From Myxococcota bacterium (GTDB taxonomy: Bacteria > Myxococcota_A > UBA9160 > UBA4427), in assembly GCA_965250285.1 (NCBI GenBank), contig OZ252299.1, positions 4,416,001-4,480,000 on the forward strand: a stretch of 64,000 nucleotides of DNA. The letters run 5' to 3'. Below are positions 9,405-19,092 of the stretch, in pieces. A model generated the notes under the pieces. The model saw only the letters and a list, made by a program, of their open reading frames with translations. It had not been told where the DNA came from and searched no databases. Within the stretch, counting starts at the first letter, position 1, and every line of letters starts with the position of its first letter. The position numbers and the translations under genes were made by a program.

Positions 9405-10628
9405 ATGCTCCTCCCCTTCTCGATCGCGCTGATCGCGCTCGCGCTCGGCGCCTGCGCTTCGAAGCCACCCCCGCGCGAGTACGTGTTCGGATGGCCGGAC
9501 TTCCCGCACGCCGACGTCACGCCGCGCGGCGGCACGAGCCTGGGCGCCCCCGTCACGCTGCGCACCGAGCCCACGAAAGCGTGGCTGGCGCTGCAGGCGA
9601 AGGATCTCTCGCCCGAAGAACGCGATCAGGCCGCGATTCGCGCGCTCGCCGGCGACTACCGCGTCTCGTTCGACTTTCTCGAGACGGTGATCTTCGACGA
9701 CAATCTCGAGCCAGACCAGCCCTATCGGTCGTGGGGCACCGAGAAGGTCTACGTGCTCGAAGACCGACCGGGCTTCATCTCGCTGCAGCACGTGATGGTG
9801 ATGTTCATGATCGACGACGACGACAACGTCGTTGGTCCGTTCGTGCAAAAGCACTGGCGGCAGGATTGGCAGTACGAGCCCGAACGCATGCACGTCTACG
9901 AAGGGTTCGATCAGTGGACGTGGCGTGCCGTGCCCGAGGCGAATCGCCGCGGCGCCTGGAGCCAGACCGTCTATCAGGTCGACGATGCGCCCCGCTACAC
10001 GCTGCTCGGGCGCTGGACCCACGCCCCCGACTTCTCGACCTGGCAGAGCGAAGACGATTGGCGTCCGCTGCCGCGGCGCGAGTCGACCGTGCGCGACGAC
10101 TATCAGGTGCTCGCCGGCCCCAATCGCATCACCGTGCTGCCGACGGGATGGATCCACGAGCAGGACAATCTGAAGCGGGTCATCGAAGCCCCGGGTGACG
10201 ACGCGGGCCCGGTCATCGCACGCGCGAGAGAGATCGGGCTGGCTCGATACGAGGAGCTCGACGACTTCGACTTCGAGGCGGGCGATGCGTACTGGGAGCG
10301 CACGGGCGACGCGTGGGCCGAGGTCCGCGCCGGATGGCAGGCCCGCATCGATGCGTCGCCGACCCACACGATCGCGGCCAACTGCCAGGAGACACCGGTC
10401 TTCGTCTCGCTCTTTCTGCTGACCGACCCCGAGATGCGAGCCGCGCACGAGGCGGCGATGGCCGAGGCAGCCGCCGCCGAGGGCGACGAGGCCGCGACCG
10501 AACCGAGCGAGCCACCCGACTTCGACGACGCATTGGCCGAAGTGCTCGACTGCGTCGTGAAGCCGGTGGCCGGCTCGGCCGGTGATCAGCCGAGCGTGCC
10601 TACTTCCACTCGCCCGAGTCGGTATTGA
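9405..10628 (+). CDS. DUF6607-like lipoprotein
   Basis: Lipobox LGAC; AIRALAGDYRVSFDFLET, KHWRQDWQYEP, VYQVDDAPRY, WRPLPRRE, GWIHEQDN motifs; start uncertain. Confidence 0.7.
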   Translation: MLLPFSIALIALALGACASKPPPREYVFGWPDFPHADVTPRGGTSLGAPVTLRTEPTKAWLALQAKDLSPEERDQAAIRALAGDYRVSFDFLETVIFDDNLEPDQPYRSWGTEKVYVLEDRPGFISLQHVMVMFMIDDDDNVVGPFVQKHWRQDWQYEPERMHVYEGFDQWTWRAVPEANRRGAWSQTVYQVDDAPRYTLLGRWTHAPDFSTWQSEDDWRPLPRRESTVRDDYQVLAGPNRITVLPTGWIHEQDNLKRVIEAPGDDAGPVIARAREIGLARYEELDDFDFEAGDAYWERTGDAWAEVRAGWQARIDASPTHTIAANCQETPVFVSLFLLTDPEMRAAHEAAMAEAAAAEGDEAATEPSEPPDFDDALAEVLDCVVKPVAGSAGDQPSVPTSTRPSRY

Positions 10629-11424
10629 GGCTGAGCACCTTGGTGGTGCCCATCGGGCTCAGCGCCACGGCGTAGTAGCGGCCCTCGTTGTGCAGGTAGA
10701 ACGTGCCTGCACCGCTGCCCATGTCGCCGAGGTTGCACGCGGCGTCGAACGAGACGGGCATGCCCTCGGGCCGGAACATCACCCAGCTCGACGGATTGCC
10801 CGACGGGTCGCTGAAGCTCGAGCCGTTCGAGGTGCTGCCGGTGATCGAAGGATCGGGAGCGGGTGCGGCAACGAGCCCGCCGCCGCCGTCATCGCTGTCG
10901 TCGTCATCGTCGTCGCCACTCACGCCGCCGAGCGGCGCGCCTGCGACACCGCCCTGCGCGGCGCCGGGCGTCGCGCCCACCACGAGCGGGCCGAGATCGA
11001 CGAGGGGCATCGGGTAGCCGGACGGCAGGTCGGCGACCTTGTCCATCTTCGACGCCTTTTCTTCGGGCACCGTGATCATCGACTCACCCGCGTCGATGCG
11101 GCAGTTCTGGTCGGCCGAGCCGGGCGCACCGTCGTTCACGATGGCGATCGAGACAGGATCGCCATTGGCATCGACCAACGGATTGCCCTCGGCGTCCTGG
11201 AACACGAAGAGGAGCTGCACGTCGCCGGTGCGGATCGCCTCGCCGCGCGCCATCTCCATCGCGCCGTCGAGCGCGAGCGCGGTGTCGCGCAGCTCGCCCG
11301 CCTCGCGTGCACTGTTGAGCCGCGGAACGGCGATCACCACCGCGACGGCCAGAACGGCCATCGTGATGCCGACCTCGGTGAGGGAGTAACCGACGCGACG
11401 CCGGTCGAATCGTGAAATGGACAT
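10600..11424 (-). CDS. FimT/GspH-like minor pilin
   Basis: RRVG|YSLTEVGITMAVLAV class III signal; ARGEAIRTG helix and C-terminal VALSPMGTTKV pattern. Confidence 0.8.
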   Translation of the reverse strand: MSISRFDRRRVGYSLTEVGITMAVLAVAVVIAVPRLNSAREAGELRDTALALDGAMEMARGEAIRTGDVQLLFVFQDAEGNPLVDANGDPVSIAIVNDGAPGSADQNCRIDAGESMITVPEEKASKMDKVADLPSGYPMPLVDLGPLVVGATPGAAQGGVAGAPLGGVSGDDDDDDSDDGGGGLVAAPAPDPSITGSTSNGSSFSDPSGNPSSWVMFRPEGMPVSFDAACNLGDMGSGAGTFYLHNEGRYYAVALSPMGTTKVLSLNTDSGEWK

Positions 11425-11805
11425 ATCGAGACACCTCATGGACCGCGAACCGACAGGCGGGTCGTGATCGGTTGCAACTCCTCGGCGCCGAGCGCTCCCC
11501 TCGACTGGCTCGGTGCGCGCGACTTTGCGCTCGCCCAGGAGTTCGTGCCCTCAGAGCGTGAGCAGGGACACAGAAACTCGTTTTTTCGTATCGGCTCACC
11601 GGGCGGGATCCTGAGGATTCTTGAGGCCTTTCTGCCCCGACACTCTATGGTGACGTTTCGCCCGAACTCGAAATCGAATGGCCTAGACAGCGATTGAGCG
11701 AGCAGCTGCGGGCGCATGCGCGCGCAACGCGGGCGCAGCTCGACTCGCCGCGCCATGCCACGCCGTGCGCACGCTGGAGCATTCCAGCTCAGGCGGAGTG
11801 GCCGC

Positions 11806-14220
11806 TCAGAGTCCCTCGGGCCGCGTGCCGATGACGCCCATCTCTTCGAGCTCGGCCAGGCGCTCGTCCGACACACCGAGCAGGCCGCCGAGCACGCGCT
11901 CGTTGTGCTGGCCCAGTGACGGGGCCGGCGTGCGGATCCAGTGTTCGATGTCGGCGTAGCGGCACGGCAGAGAAGGCAGGGGCATCGGCCCGACGACCGG
12001 GTGGTCGGGCGTCTCGAAGTAGCGCCGGGCCACGAGCTGCGGGTTCGTCTCGAGGAGTCGGCACGGGTTGGCCACCGCCGAGGCGGTGATGCCCGCCGCG
12101 CGCAGGGTTTCGACGAGCGCCTCGCGATCCTGGCGGGCGCACCAAGCGATGAGGTGACGATCGATCTCGTCGTGTGCAGCGCGCCGACCGTCGAGCGTGT
12201 CGAGCCCGGGATCCATCGCCCAAGCAGGCTCACCCAGCAGCGCGCGCAGGGCCCGCCACTGCGCATCGGTCGCGACCGACAGCGCAAGCCGCTCGACGAC
12301 GAGGGGCTCCTTCTCGGCGCACGCGTACAGCCCCTGCGGTGCCGCGAGGCCCGACCGGTTGCCGTCTCGCTGCATCAGTCGCCTGTGCGCGCTCCACTCG
12401 ACGACCTGCTCGGCCGCCACATTGAGCGCGCTCTCGACCATCGTGCTCTCGACATGATGCCCGGTGCCTTCGGCGCGCGCCGAACAGAGCGCGACCAGAA
12501 AGGCGACCGTCGCATGCATCCCTGCGATCGGATCACACGGGCCACGCGGGATCCGCGGCTGATCGTCGGCATGGCCAGTCACCCAGGCCATGCCCGACAT
12601 CTGCTCCATCGTCTGGGCGAAGCCCGTGTGGTCGCGCCACGGACCCGACAGACCGAAAGCGGGCATGCGCATCATCACGGCCTTCGGATTGATCTCGCGC
12701 ACGCGGTCCCAGGTGAGGCCGAAGTTCTCGATGACCCGCGGCGTAAAGTTCTCGACGACCGCATCACATTCGCCCACCAGCTGCTCGAGCAGCTCGAGCC
12801 CTTCCTTCGTGGTCAGATCGAGCGTGATGTCGAGCTTGTTCGTGTTGGCCTGCAGGAAGTGCGGGCCGGCGTCCCACCACTGCGGATAGTGCGACGCCAT
12901 CATGCCGCCGATCATGCGCAGGCCGTCGGGTCGGCTGATCGACTCGACGCGGATCACCTCGGCGCCGAACGTGGCCAGCACGTGGGTCGCAAACGGGCCG
13001 GCCCACCACGCCGTGAGGTCGAGGATGCGAAGCCCCTCGAGCGGCAGCCGCCCCTCCCCGCCGAGACCCCGCAGCGCATCGACCCGAGGCGACGTGAATG
13101 CGATGGGCGCGGGCTCGGCCTCGAGCGCCGGGGCGGGCCTGGGCTTTGGCGGCTCGACGCCGTCGATGCAATAGGGCCGCCGGGGCTGCACGAAGCGTCC
13201 TGCTGCGTCGGGCACGAAGACGCCCCGATCGACGAGCTGCTCGTGCTGCTGCACCGTCTCACCGTTGCACACGGGCGCGACCGGAATGCGCAGGAGTGAC
13301 GCCAGCTCGATCACCTCGGCGATCGTCTTGTCGCGAAGCCAGGCGCCCATGATCTCGGTCCACTCTTCGAAGCGCATCAAGCGACCGGCGAACTGCGCGA
13401 GCTGCTCGTCTTCCTGCAGATCGGTGCGTTCGATCATGAGCAGGAAGTCGGAGAACTGCTGCCGCGAGTTGGTGCAGAAGCCGACGTAGCCGTCGGCGGT
13501 GGGCTCGATCGAAGGCGTCTCGACGGTCGGCGCGAGGAAGGCGTGCTCGGGATCGGCGGTGCTGCCGTTCATCAGCCGGTTCATGGTCTCGGAGAAGTTG
13601 GTGAAGATGAGGTTCGAGGTTTCGAGCATCGAGACATCGACGTGCTCTCCCTTCCCCGTCGCCCGAGCCTGCAGCACCGCGGGCAGCGCGGCGACGGCCG
13701 CGAACGCGCCCGCGGCCCACTCACCGATGCGTCCACCCGCCTGGAAGGGCTCGCCTCCCATCAGCCCGCGCATGCCGATCGAACCGCTCTCGGCCTGCAA
13801 CGTGAACTCGGTCGCGCTGCGATCCTTCCATGGGCCAGTGAGGCCGTAGGGCGTGATCGACACGATGACGAGCGAAGGATGCTGCGCGCGCAGCGCCGCG
13901 ACGTCGAGGCGCTCGCCGGCGTCGCCCTCGAGGCCGTGGGCTTCGATCAGCAGATCGGCCTCGGCGATGAGGGCCCCGACGCGAGGGTCGCTCGTGGTGC
14001 CGACGACCGAGCGCTTGCCCGCGTGGAGATAGTCGAAGAGCGCCGCCGGCTCGGTGCCCGGCTTTCCAAGCTCGGTCGAGCGCCTGCGCAGCGGGTCGCC
14101 CCCCTGCGGCTCGACCTTGATGACCTCGGCCCCGCCGTCGACGAGCAGCTTCGAGCAATACCCGCCGGCGATCTGCGTAGATAGATCGAGCACGCGGAGA
14201 CCCGCGAAACCCTGCGACAT
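11806..14220 (-). CDS. Family III CoA-transferase (tandem CaiB/BaiF domains)
   Basis: Two GLR(V/I)LDL..AG repeats, GAEVIKVE / GAEVIRVES, AVVENFTPR; C-terminal APSLGQHN. Confidence 0.9.
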   Translation of the reverse strand: MSQGFAGLRVLDLSTQIAGGYCSKLLVDGGAEVIKVEPQGGDPLRRRSTELGKPGTEPAALFDYLHAGKRSVVGTTSDPRVGALIAEADLLIEAHGLEGDAGERLDVAALRAQHPSLVIVSITPYGLTGPWKDRSATEFTLQAESGSIGMRGLMGGEPFQAGGRIGEWAAGAFAAVAALPAVLQARATGKGEHVDVSMLETSNLIFTNFSETMNRLMNGSTADPEHAFLAPTVETPSIEPTADGYVGFCTNSRQQFSDFLLMIERTDLQEDEQLAQFAGRLMRFEEWTEIMGAWLRDKTIAEVIELASLLRIPVAPVCNGETVQQHEQLVDRGVFVPDAAGRFVQPRRPYCIDGVEPPKPRPAPALEAEPAPIAFTSPRVDALRGLGGEGRLPLEGLRILDLTAWWAGPFATHVLATFGAEVIRVESISRPDGLRMIGGMMASHYPQWWDAGPHFLQANTNKLDITLDLTTKEGLELLEQLVGECDAVVENFTPRVIENFGLTWDRVREINPKAVMMRMPAFGLSGPWRDHTGFAQTMEQMSGMAWVTGHADDQPRIPRGPCDPIAGMHATVAFLVALCSARAEGTGHHVESTMVESALNVAAEQVVEWSAHRRLMQRDGNRSGLAAPQGLYACAEKEPLVVERLALSVATDAQWRALRALLGEPAWAMDPGLDTLDGRRAAHDEIDRHLIAWCARQDREALVETLRAAGITASAVANPCRLLETNPQLVARRYFETPDHPVVGPMPLPSLPCRYADIEHWIRTPAPSLGQHNERVLGGLLGVSDERLAELEEMGVIGTRPEGL

Positions 14221-14308
14221 GGAGGCGCACTCCTCTGGCTGCGGCGCCGCGCCCCGCTCGATCGGCCGGACCCACACCCGCCTCGGGAGACTCGCTCAGC
14301 CGACGCGC

Positions 14309-14346
14309 TGAATCTTGCCAAAAACTGAAAATTGGTTCAAGATTCA
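14309..14346. promoter_or_regulatory. Inverted-repeat operator between divergent CoA-transferase and tetR
   Basis: TGAATCTTG(14309-17)...CAAGATTCA(14338-46) perfect 9-bp inverted repeat in an AT-rich patch; inner TGAA-N6-TTCA. Confidence 0.6.
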
Positions 14347-14349
14347 ATC

Positions 14350-14997
14350 ATGCCGACGAACCCGAACCCGCCGCGTCCCGAAGCCGCCTCGCCCCGGGCG
14401 CCCTATGCGAAATCTCGCGACACCCGGGCCCGGATCCTCACGGCGGCGCTCGCCGAGGCCAGCGAGTCGGGTTTTCACAAGACCTCGGTCGCGCGGATTG
14501 CCGCCCGCGCGGGCGTGGCCGTCGGCAACCTCCACTACCACTTCGGGTCGCGCGAGGGCCTGCTGCGTGAGCTGATGGGCTCGCTCGTCGCCGACCTGCT
14601 GTCGCGCCTGCACGAAGTGGAGGCCAGCGACGAGGCCGACTTCTTCGAGCGCCAGCGGGCGAACCTGCTCGCCTATCTCGACTACCTGCGCGCCAACCCG
14701 GCCCACATCCGGCTCGCCGACGAGATCAAGCTCCACGCGCCCGAGCTCTATCGACGTGCCGTGTCGAGCTGGGTGGAGCGACTCGAGGTGCGTATCCGCG
14801 ATGGCATCGACCGCGGCGCGCTGCGCCCGATGAGCGAGGCCGAGGTCACGGCCCAGGCGCACTTCCTGCTGGGTGCTCGGCAGTTTCTCGAGCAGATGAT
14901 CGAGACCGAGCCCGGCGGCGCCGGGCTCGGCGACGAAGCGGTCGTCGACGCCTACCTGACGCTCATCCGCGATGGATTGATTCGACGCGACGCCTGA
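14350..14997 (+). CDS. TetR family regulator
   Basis: RILTAA...GFHKTSVARIAARAGVAVGNLHYHFGSRE HTH. Confidence 0.9.
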   Translation: MPTNPNPPRPEAASPRAPYAKSRDTRARILTAALAEASESGFHKTSVARIAARAGVAVGNLHYHFGSREGLLRELMGSLVADLLSRLHEVEASDEADFFERQRANLLAYLDYLRANPAHIRLADEIKLHAPELYRRAVSSWVERLEVRIRDGIDRGALRPMSEAEVTAQAHFLLGARQFLEQMIETEPGGAGLGDEAVVDAYLTLIRDGLIRRDA

Positions 14998-15068
14998 GGC
15001 GGATCGTCGGCGAAACCGAAGCCGCTCACTCACCCACGCGCGAAACGCGACGCGAAGAGAGACCCACG

Positions 15069-16313
15069 TTGGAAACCGCCGACTTCGACCTCGCCGACCT
15101 CGAGCTGACCCACAACGGCTTCCCCCACGCCCTCTTTGCGCGCATGCGGCGCGAGACGCCCATCGTCTGGCATCCGAACACCGGCGCCTACTTCAACGAA
15201 GACGACGCCGGCTTCTGGATCCTGTCGAAGTACGAGGACGTCCAACGCGCGAACCGTGACCCCGAGCTCTTCAGCGCGGTCGACGGGCCGCAGCTCGCCG
15301 ACAGTCCCGAGATCGCCGGGGCCATGATGGTGTCGATGGATGGCCCTGCGCATCGTCGCCAGCGCAAGCTCATCAGCGCCGGTTTCACACCGCGCATGGT
15401 CGGACGCCTCGAGGAGCAGGCGCGCGGCTGGGCAATCGAGATCATCGAACGGGCCCTCGAGCGCGGCACCTGCAACTTCGTGCACGACATCGCCTATCAG
15501 CTGCCGATGCACATGATCGCCGACATCATCGGCATCCCCGTCGCAGACCGGGCCCAGCTCTTCGACCTGACGATGGAGTTCCTGTTCGCGGGCGACGTCT
15601 CGGACGACGAGAACCCCGGGCGCCACACTGAGGTGCGGGTCGAGCTGTTCCAGTACGCGCACGAGCTCGGGCAGGCGAAGCGAAAGAAGCCGCAGGACGA
15701 CATCTGGACCATCCTCTCGAACGTCGAGGTCGAGACCGACGAGGGCGAGCGCTCGAAGCTCAGCCAGATCGAGCTCGACATGTTCTTTCTGCTGCTCACG
15801 CTGGCCGGCAGCGAGACGACGCGCAACGCCATCTCGGCCGGCCTGCTCGCGCTGCTCGCTCACCCCGACCAGCTCGACCTGCTGCGCACCCATCCCGAGA
15901 TTCGGCCGACTGCGGTCGAAGAGATCCTCCGCTGGTCCTCGCCCGTCTCGTACTTCGCGCGGCGCGCGACCCGCGACACCGAGATCCGCGGCCAACAGAT
16001 CGCGAAGGGCGACCGCATCACGCTCTGGTACCCGTCGGCGAACCGCGATGCCGATGCCTTCGACGAGCCCGATCGCTTCGACATCACGCGCAAGCCGAAC
16101 CATCACGTGGCCTTCGGCGGCGGCGGCGCGCACTTCTGTCTCGGGGCCAACCTCGCGCGGCGTGAGATCTCGATCCTGTTCGAAGAGCTGCTGGCGCGCG
16201 TGAGCGAGATCGAGCTGATCGGCGACCCGACGTATACGCCGCTCGGGCTCCACAACCCGATCCTCGTCGCGGCCACCGACATCCCCGTGCGACTCGCGCC
16301 AAGCGGCGCGTAG
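15069..16313 (+). CDS. Cytochrome P450 (CYP125/142-like)
   Basis: AGSETT I-helix, EEILR ExxR, FGGGGAHFCLG heme motif. Confidence 0.95.
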   Translation: METADFDLADLELTHNGFPHALFARMRRETPIVWHPNTGAYFNEDDAGFWILSKYEDVQRANRDPELFSAVDGPQLADSPEIAGAMMVSMDGPAHRRQRKLISAGFTPRMVGRLEEQARGWAIEIIERALERGTCNFVHDIAYQLPMHMIADIIGIPVADRAQLFDLTMEFLFAGDVSDDENPGRHTEVRVELFQYAHELGQAKRKKPQDDIWTILSNVEVETDEGERSKLSQIELDMFFLLLTLAGSETTRNAISAGLLALLAHPDQLDLLRTHPEIRPTAVEEILRWSSPVSYFARRATRDTEIRGQQIAKGDRITLWYPSANRDADAFDEPDRFDITRKPNHHVAFGGGGAHFCLGANLARREISILFEELLARVSEIELIGDPTYTPLGLHNPILVAATDIPVRLAPSGA

Positions 16314-16833
16314 ACCCCGGCGGGCTCGCCCGACCTTCTCACCTTCACTGAATCGCGATCGAACACTCGATCGATGGGCGCCCTCGCGCCGCCTCGAAGC
16401 GTGCCGTTGCGTGCTCGACCCGGCGCGGGTCGCGTCGCATTCGCGTGGAATGTGTCGCCTTCGATCGAGAAGCGTCTTTGCGTGGCGCAACGACATGGCG
16501 CCGACGAGATCGAGGTCTTCGCCATGCCAACGCGAAGCTGCATCCGGTCGTTGCTCGTGCAGCCCACGGTTGCGAATCGAGGCGGGGTTCGCGGCGCGAA
16601 CGAGTCAAACCAGGTTCAACTCGACCTCGCTCATGCGCGTGCATCGCCGCGATGCAGTGCAGCGATCTGTACACGCCAGATCGATGGGAAATCGCCGATC
16701 CCGCACCTATACAAACGCACGCGCCAGGGGGCGTCGAAGTCGCATTCCGGCGACGCGCAGCAAGGCGGCAGGGGTGTCGATTGCACGCGATCGCGCGACT
16801 TCGGAACGAACGTCAATGCTGAAGGGGAACCAA

Positions 16834-17115
16834 GTGGAAAGCGACAAGTACTTCTCGATCTACATGTTCACGATCATCGGCGGCCTGGCTGCCGTCCTCG
16901 CCGCGTCGATCCAGGCGGGCTACACGACGCTCCCGTCGCCGCTCGTCTTCATCGAGCACGTCGCGATGAGCTTGACCGTCCGAGCCGGCTACAAGAGCCT
17001 CGGCTGGGACTGGGGCCCGTGGACGTTCGGCCTGCGCAAGCGCACCGAATCGGTGGTGGCGACCGCGGCCGAAGTGGCCGACCTCGGCAGCAACGACGAG
17101 ATCGCCGCGGCCTGA
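16834..17115 (+). CDS. Small membrane protein, unknown function
   Basis: AAGGGG RBS before GTG 16834, GC3-biased codons, hydrophobic segment YFSIYMFTIIGGLAAVLAASI. Confidence 0.6.
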   Translation: MESDKYFSIYMFTIIGGLAAVLAASIQAGYTTLPSPLVFIEHVAMSLTVRAGYKSLGWDWGPWTFGLRKRTESVVATAAEVADLGSNDEIAAA

Positions 17116-17184
17116 GCGACCGCACCGGTCTGTGCCCCCTCGGGCCGCCGCTTCGTGCGGCGATCCGAGGGCGGCCAGCGAGGC

Positions 17185-18126
17185 CTAGCGGGCCACCGTG
17201 GCCCGCTGCATCAGCGCAGCCACCATCGAGGACGCCGCGAGGTGGCCCATATGGGCGGCGGTGTTGATGTTCTGGTGGCCCACGTAGAGCAGGTCACCCG
17301 CCGCATAGAGCCCTTCGCGACTTGTTCGGTAGGCCGCGTCGACGACGACGGAACCGTCGGCATCGATGGCCAGTCCGAGCTCGTCCACCACGTCGCAATG
17401 ACGCTGACGGGGCCACAGCACCATCGCCTCGCGCGAGACGGTCGAGCCATCTTCGAGCTCGACCCCACTGAGCGCGTCGCCCTGCCCGACGAATCGGCGC
17501 ACGCGGCGATGCTCGATGCCGATCCCGTGCTCGACGAGCTCCTTCGCACGGGCGGCCGAGAGCTCGACCTCCGGATCGATGAAGAGCGTGACGTCGTCGG
17601 TCCAAGCCCGGTAGATCTCGGCCGCCTCGAGCATCTCGGCACGGTGGACGAAGATGCCCCACGACTTGCCACGCAGCTCGTACCCGTGACAGAAGGGGCA
17701 GTTGATGATCGTCGAGCCCCAGAACGAGGACAGGCCCGGCACATCGGGGAGCAGGTCGACCATCCCGCACGCAAGGAGCACGACTGCAGCCCTCGTCGTC
17801 GAGCCCCGCTGCGTCTCGATCGTGAACCCGGTGCGGATGTCGCCGTCGATGCGTTCGACGCGCTCGTCGACGAAGCGGGCGTGCGAGTAGGCCTCGATCT
17901 CTCGACGGCCGAGCCCGCGCAGATCCGCGGGCATCACGCCACCGCGACCGAGCACGCCCCCGATGCCGGCCGAGTCACGATTTCGATAGGTGAAGGGCGC
18001 ATCGAACACCACCGTCTCGCGAAGCGCGCGAGACAGGTTCAGTGCGGCCGCCAGGCCCGCCGGGCCGGCTCCAATCACGGCCGCTTCACACACCTCGGGT
18101 TCGATCCGATCCGTCTCCACCCGCAT
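17185..18126 (-). CDS. TrxB-like NAD(P)/FAD oxidoreductase
   Basis: VIGAGPAGLAAA, CPFCHGYE redox motif, GLYAAGD. Confidence 0.9.
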   Translation of the reverse strand: MRVETDRIEPEVCEAAVIGAGPAGLAAALNLSRALRETVVFDAPFTYRNRDSAGIGGVLGRGGVMPADLRGLGRREIEAYSHARFVDERVERIDGDIRTGFTIETQRGSTTRAAVVLLACGMVDLLPDVPGLSSFWGSTIINCPFCHGYELRGKSWGIFVHRAEMLEAAEIYRAWTDDVTLFIDPEVELSAARAKELVEHGIGIEHRRVRRFVGQGDALSGVELEDGSTVSREAMVLWPRQRHCDVVDELGLAIDADGSVVVDAAYRTSREGLYAAGDLLYVGHQNINTAAHMGHLAASSMVAALMQRATVAR

Positions 18127-18250
18127 TGCCCCCGCTCTCGAGAAGCCGCTCCAAAGAAATGACAGCCTACCCGACGCTCCGCGAGAGGCGCTCGGGCCGA
18201 ATCGAGCGGTGGAGACCGCCGGTGCCCGGCACCGCGTTCGCAGACTGACT

Positions 18251-18721
18251 TCAGAAGACCTGCGTCGACGTTCGCGTCGTCGTATGGCCGACCCGGTTGG
18301 CGCGGGCGTCGGCGGATGCATCTGCGCGGCAGCCCCGGACGTTGCGCACATGCGCCGCGATCAGGAGCGCCGCCGAAACGAGCGTCACGACCCGCTCCCC
18401 CTGCTCGGCGTGATCGCCCATGAGGGTGTGTGCAGCCATCGCGCCCAGGGTCAGTCCGAGTAGGCCCAGCACGCCCAGCACCAGAACCCAGCGATCGCGA
18501 TGCCGACGGCACCCCAGACCGAACGCGAGCGTCGAGGCCGGAACGACCAGCCACAACATCGCTCGGTGAAACGACTCGTCGCTCCCCACCCAGGCCGGCA
18601 GGGCCGCACCGGCGACGAGCAGGAGCGGCGTCGCCACACAATGAATCGCGCACGCAGCCGAACCCAGAATGCCGATTCCGTCCGCAACGGAACGGGCGCG
18701 CGATGATCGACTGAAGGGCAT
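18251..18721 (-). CDS. MerC-domain membrane protein
   Basis: DGIGILGSAACAIHCVATPLL motif, four TM segments, FH and AH..N His residues. Confidence 0.85.
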   Translation of the reverse strand: MPFSRSSRARSVADGIGILGSAACAIHCVATPLLLVAGAALPAWVGSDESFHRAMLWLVVPASTLAFGLGCRRHRDRWVLVLGVLGLLGLTLGAMAAHTLMGDHAEQGERVVTLVSAALLIAAHVRNVRGCRADASADARANRVGHTTTRTSTQVF

Positions 18722-19092
18722 GGCGCCTCGGGTCGCGCGCTCGCGCGTTTCGTCGCCGCCCCAACACGGAGCGGCCCGGATCGACCATGCAGCAAGTGCC
18801 GCTCACAGCCCATCGGTTCCCGACCGGCGAACATCGATCGACTCGATTCGACACCGGGGAACCGGCCGGGCCCCGACGGCACTCTCTCGGAAGGGGCGGG
18901 GGGTTTCGCGTCGGGGGCGGCCACGCGTCGCCACGCCGAGAGAGCGTCGGCACTCCGTGGGCGGCAGCGATCGAGCCGCTTCTCGTACGGAGCCACCCGA
19001 CGCGGTCGACACTGAACTCATCTGCAATGAACTCGGTCCGTCGCCTGCGACCGGCGGGCCGTCGACACGACGCGAGAGAGGCAACGACGCTC

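Noticed and set aside
18722..19092. Cobalamin riboswitch or Zur box upstream of the CobW-like gene
   Set aside because: No recognisable B12-box or convincing palindrome; the CACTGA..CTGCAA similarity to about 57455 is too weak
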